Positions 8,331-8,530 of a DNA stretch of 8,530 nucleotides are shown here, in pieces. The notes beneath the pieces are model-generated. The model was not told the origin of the DNA. It searched no databases and saw only the letters and a program-made list of their open reading frames with translations. The stretch is from a virus (Duplodnaviria; Heunggongvirae; Uroviricota; Caudoviricetes), in IMG/VR virus record IMGVR_UViG_2690316166_000017. One strand, 5' to 3'. The translations under genes were made by a program, and so were the position numbers. Within the stretch, counting starts at the first letter, position 1. Each line of letters begins with the position of its first letter.

Positions 8331-8530
8331 ATGATGCACTTAAAAAACATTTCTGCTGGTAATCCTGAAACAAAAGAGCAATACCAGCTAACGAAACAAT
8401 TTAACATCAAATGGCTTTATACAGAGGATGGGAAAAACTGGTATGAGGAACAAAAGAACTTTCAGCCTGATACGTTGAAAATGGTCTATGACCACAACGG
8501 CGTTATTATTTGTATTGAAAAGGATGTTTC
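8331..8530 (+). CDS. Tail fibre assembly chaperone (Mu gpU / P2 gpG / Tfa family), 5' part only; runs off the window end
   Basis: ATG at 8331, 2 nt after the H stop, with GGGGAG ~10 nt upstream. Translation [66 protein letters not shown] has the N-terminal signature of Mu U / P2 G-type chaperones as I recall them ([19 protein letters not shown]...W...[15 protein letters not shown]). It is not in the ORF track because no stop falls inside the window. Confidence 0.8.
   Translation, partial: MMHLKNISAGNPETKEQYQLTKQFNIKWLYTEDGKNWYEEQKNFQPDTLKMVYDHNGVIICIEKDV

Noticed and set aside
1-8530. CRISPR array, tRNA, rRNA, IS element ends, intrinsic terminators, sigma-70 promoters
   Set aside because: No spaced direct repeats, tRNA-like structure, terminal inverted repeats or GC-rich hairpin plus T-tract were found in the readable segments. 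Genes are contiguous, consistent with a single transcript initiated upstream of the window.

Overview
About half of this 8,530-nt window is N-masked, in eight blocks: 83-2811, 3466-3525, 4818-5336, 5668-5689, 6059-6101, 6198-6447, 6539-6795 and 7178-7568. The readable ~4.26 kb encodes, all on the + strand, a tightly packed P2-type contractile-tail late operon in canonical order: an S-like tail completion protein (3' part visible), gpV-like baseplate spike, gpW/gp25-like baseplate wedge protein, gpJ-like and gpI-like baseplate proteins, a long gpH-like tail fibre, and the 5' part of a tail-fibre assembly chaperone. Genes abut or overlap (ATGA at S/V, GTGA at V/W) and have Shine-Dalgarno sequences. 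The protein assignments rest on my recollection of P2/Mu/lambdoid family sequences and on synteny; no database search was possible. The likely source is a P2-like prophage (or a phage-derived tailocin) in an enterobacterial genome. No rRNA, tRNA, CRISPR array, transposase or obvious terminator was seen in the readable parts. I found no support for a novel system in what is visible: the window looks like a conventional tail module. The most notable points are a low-GC, horizontally exchanged receptor-binding-domain-plus-chaperone cassette at the 3' end, and unexplained reading-frame discontinuities in the fibre gene across two masked blocks. Everything inside the masked blocks, including 2.7 kb upstream of the S-like gene, cannot be assessed.
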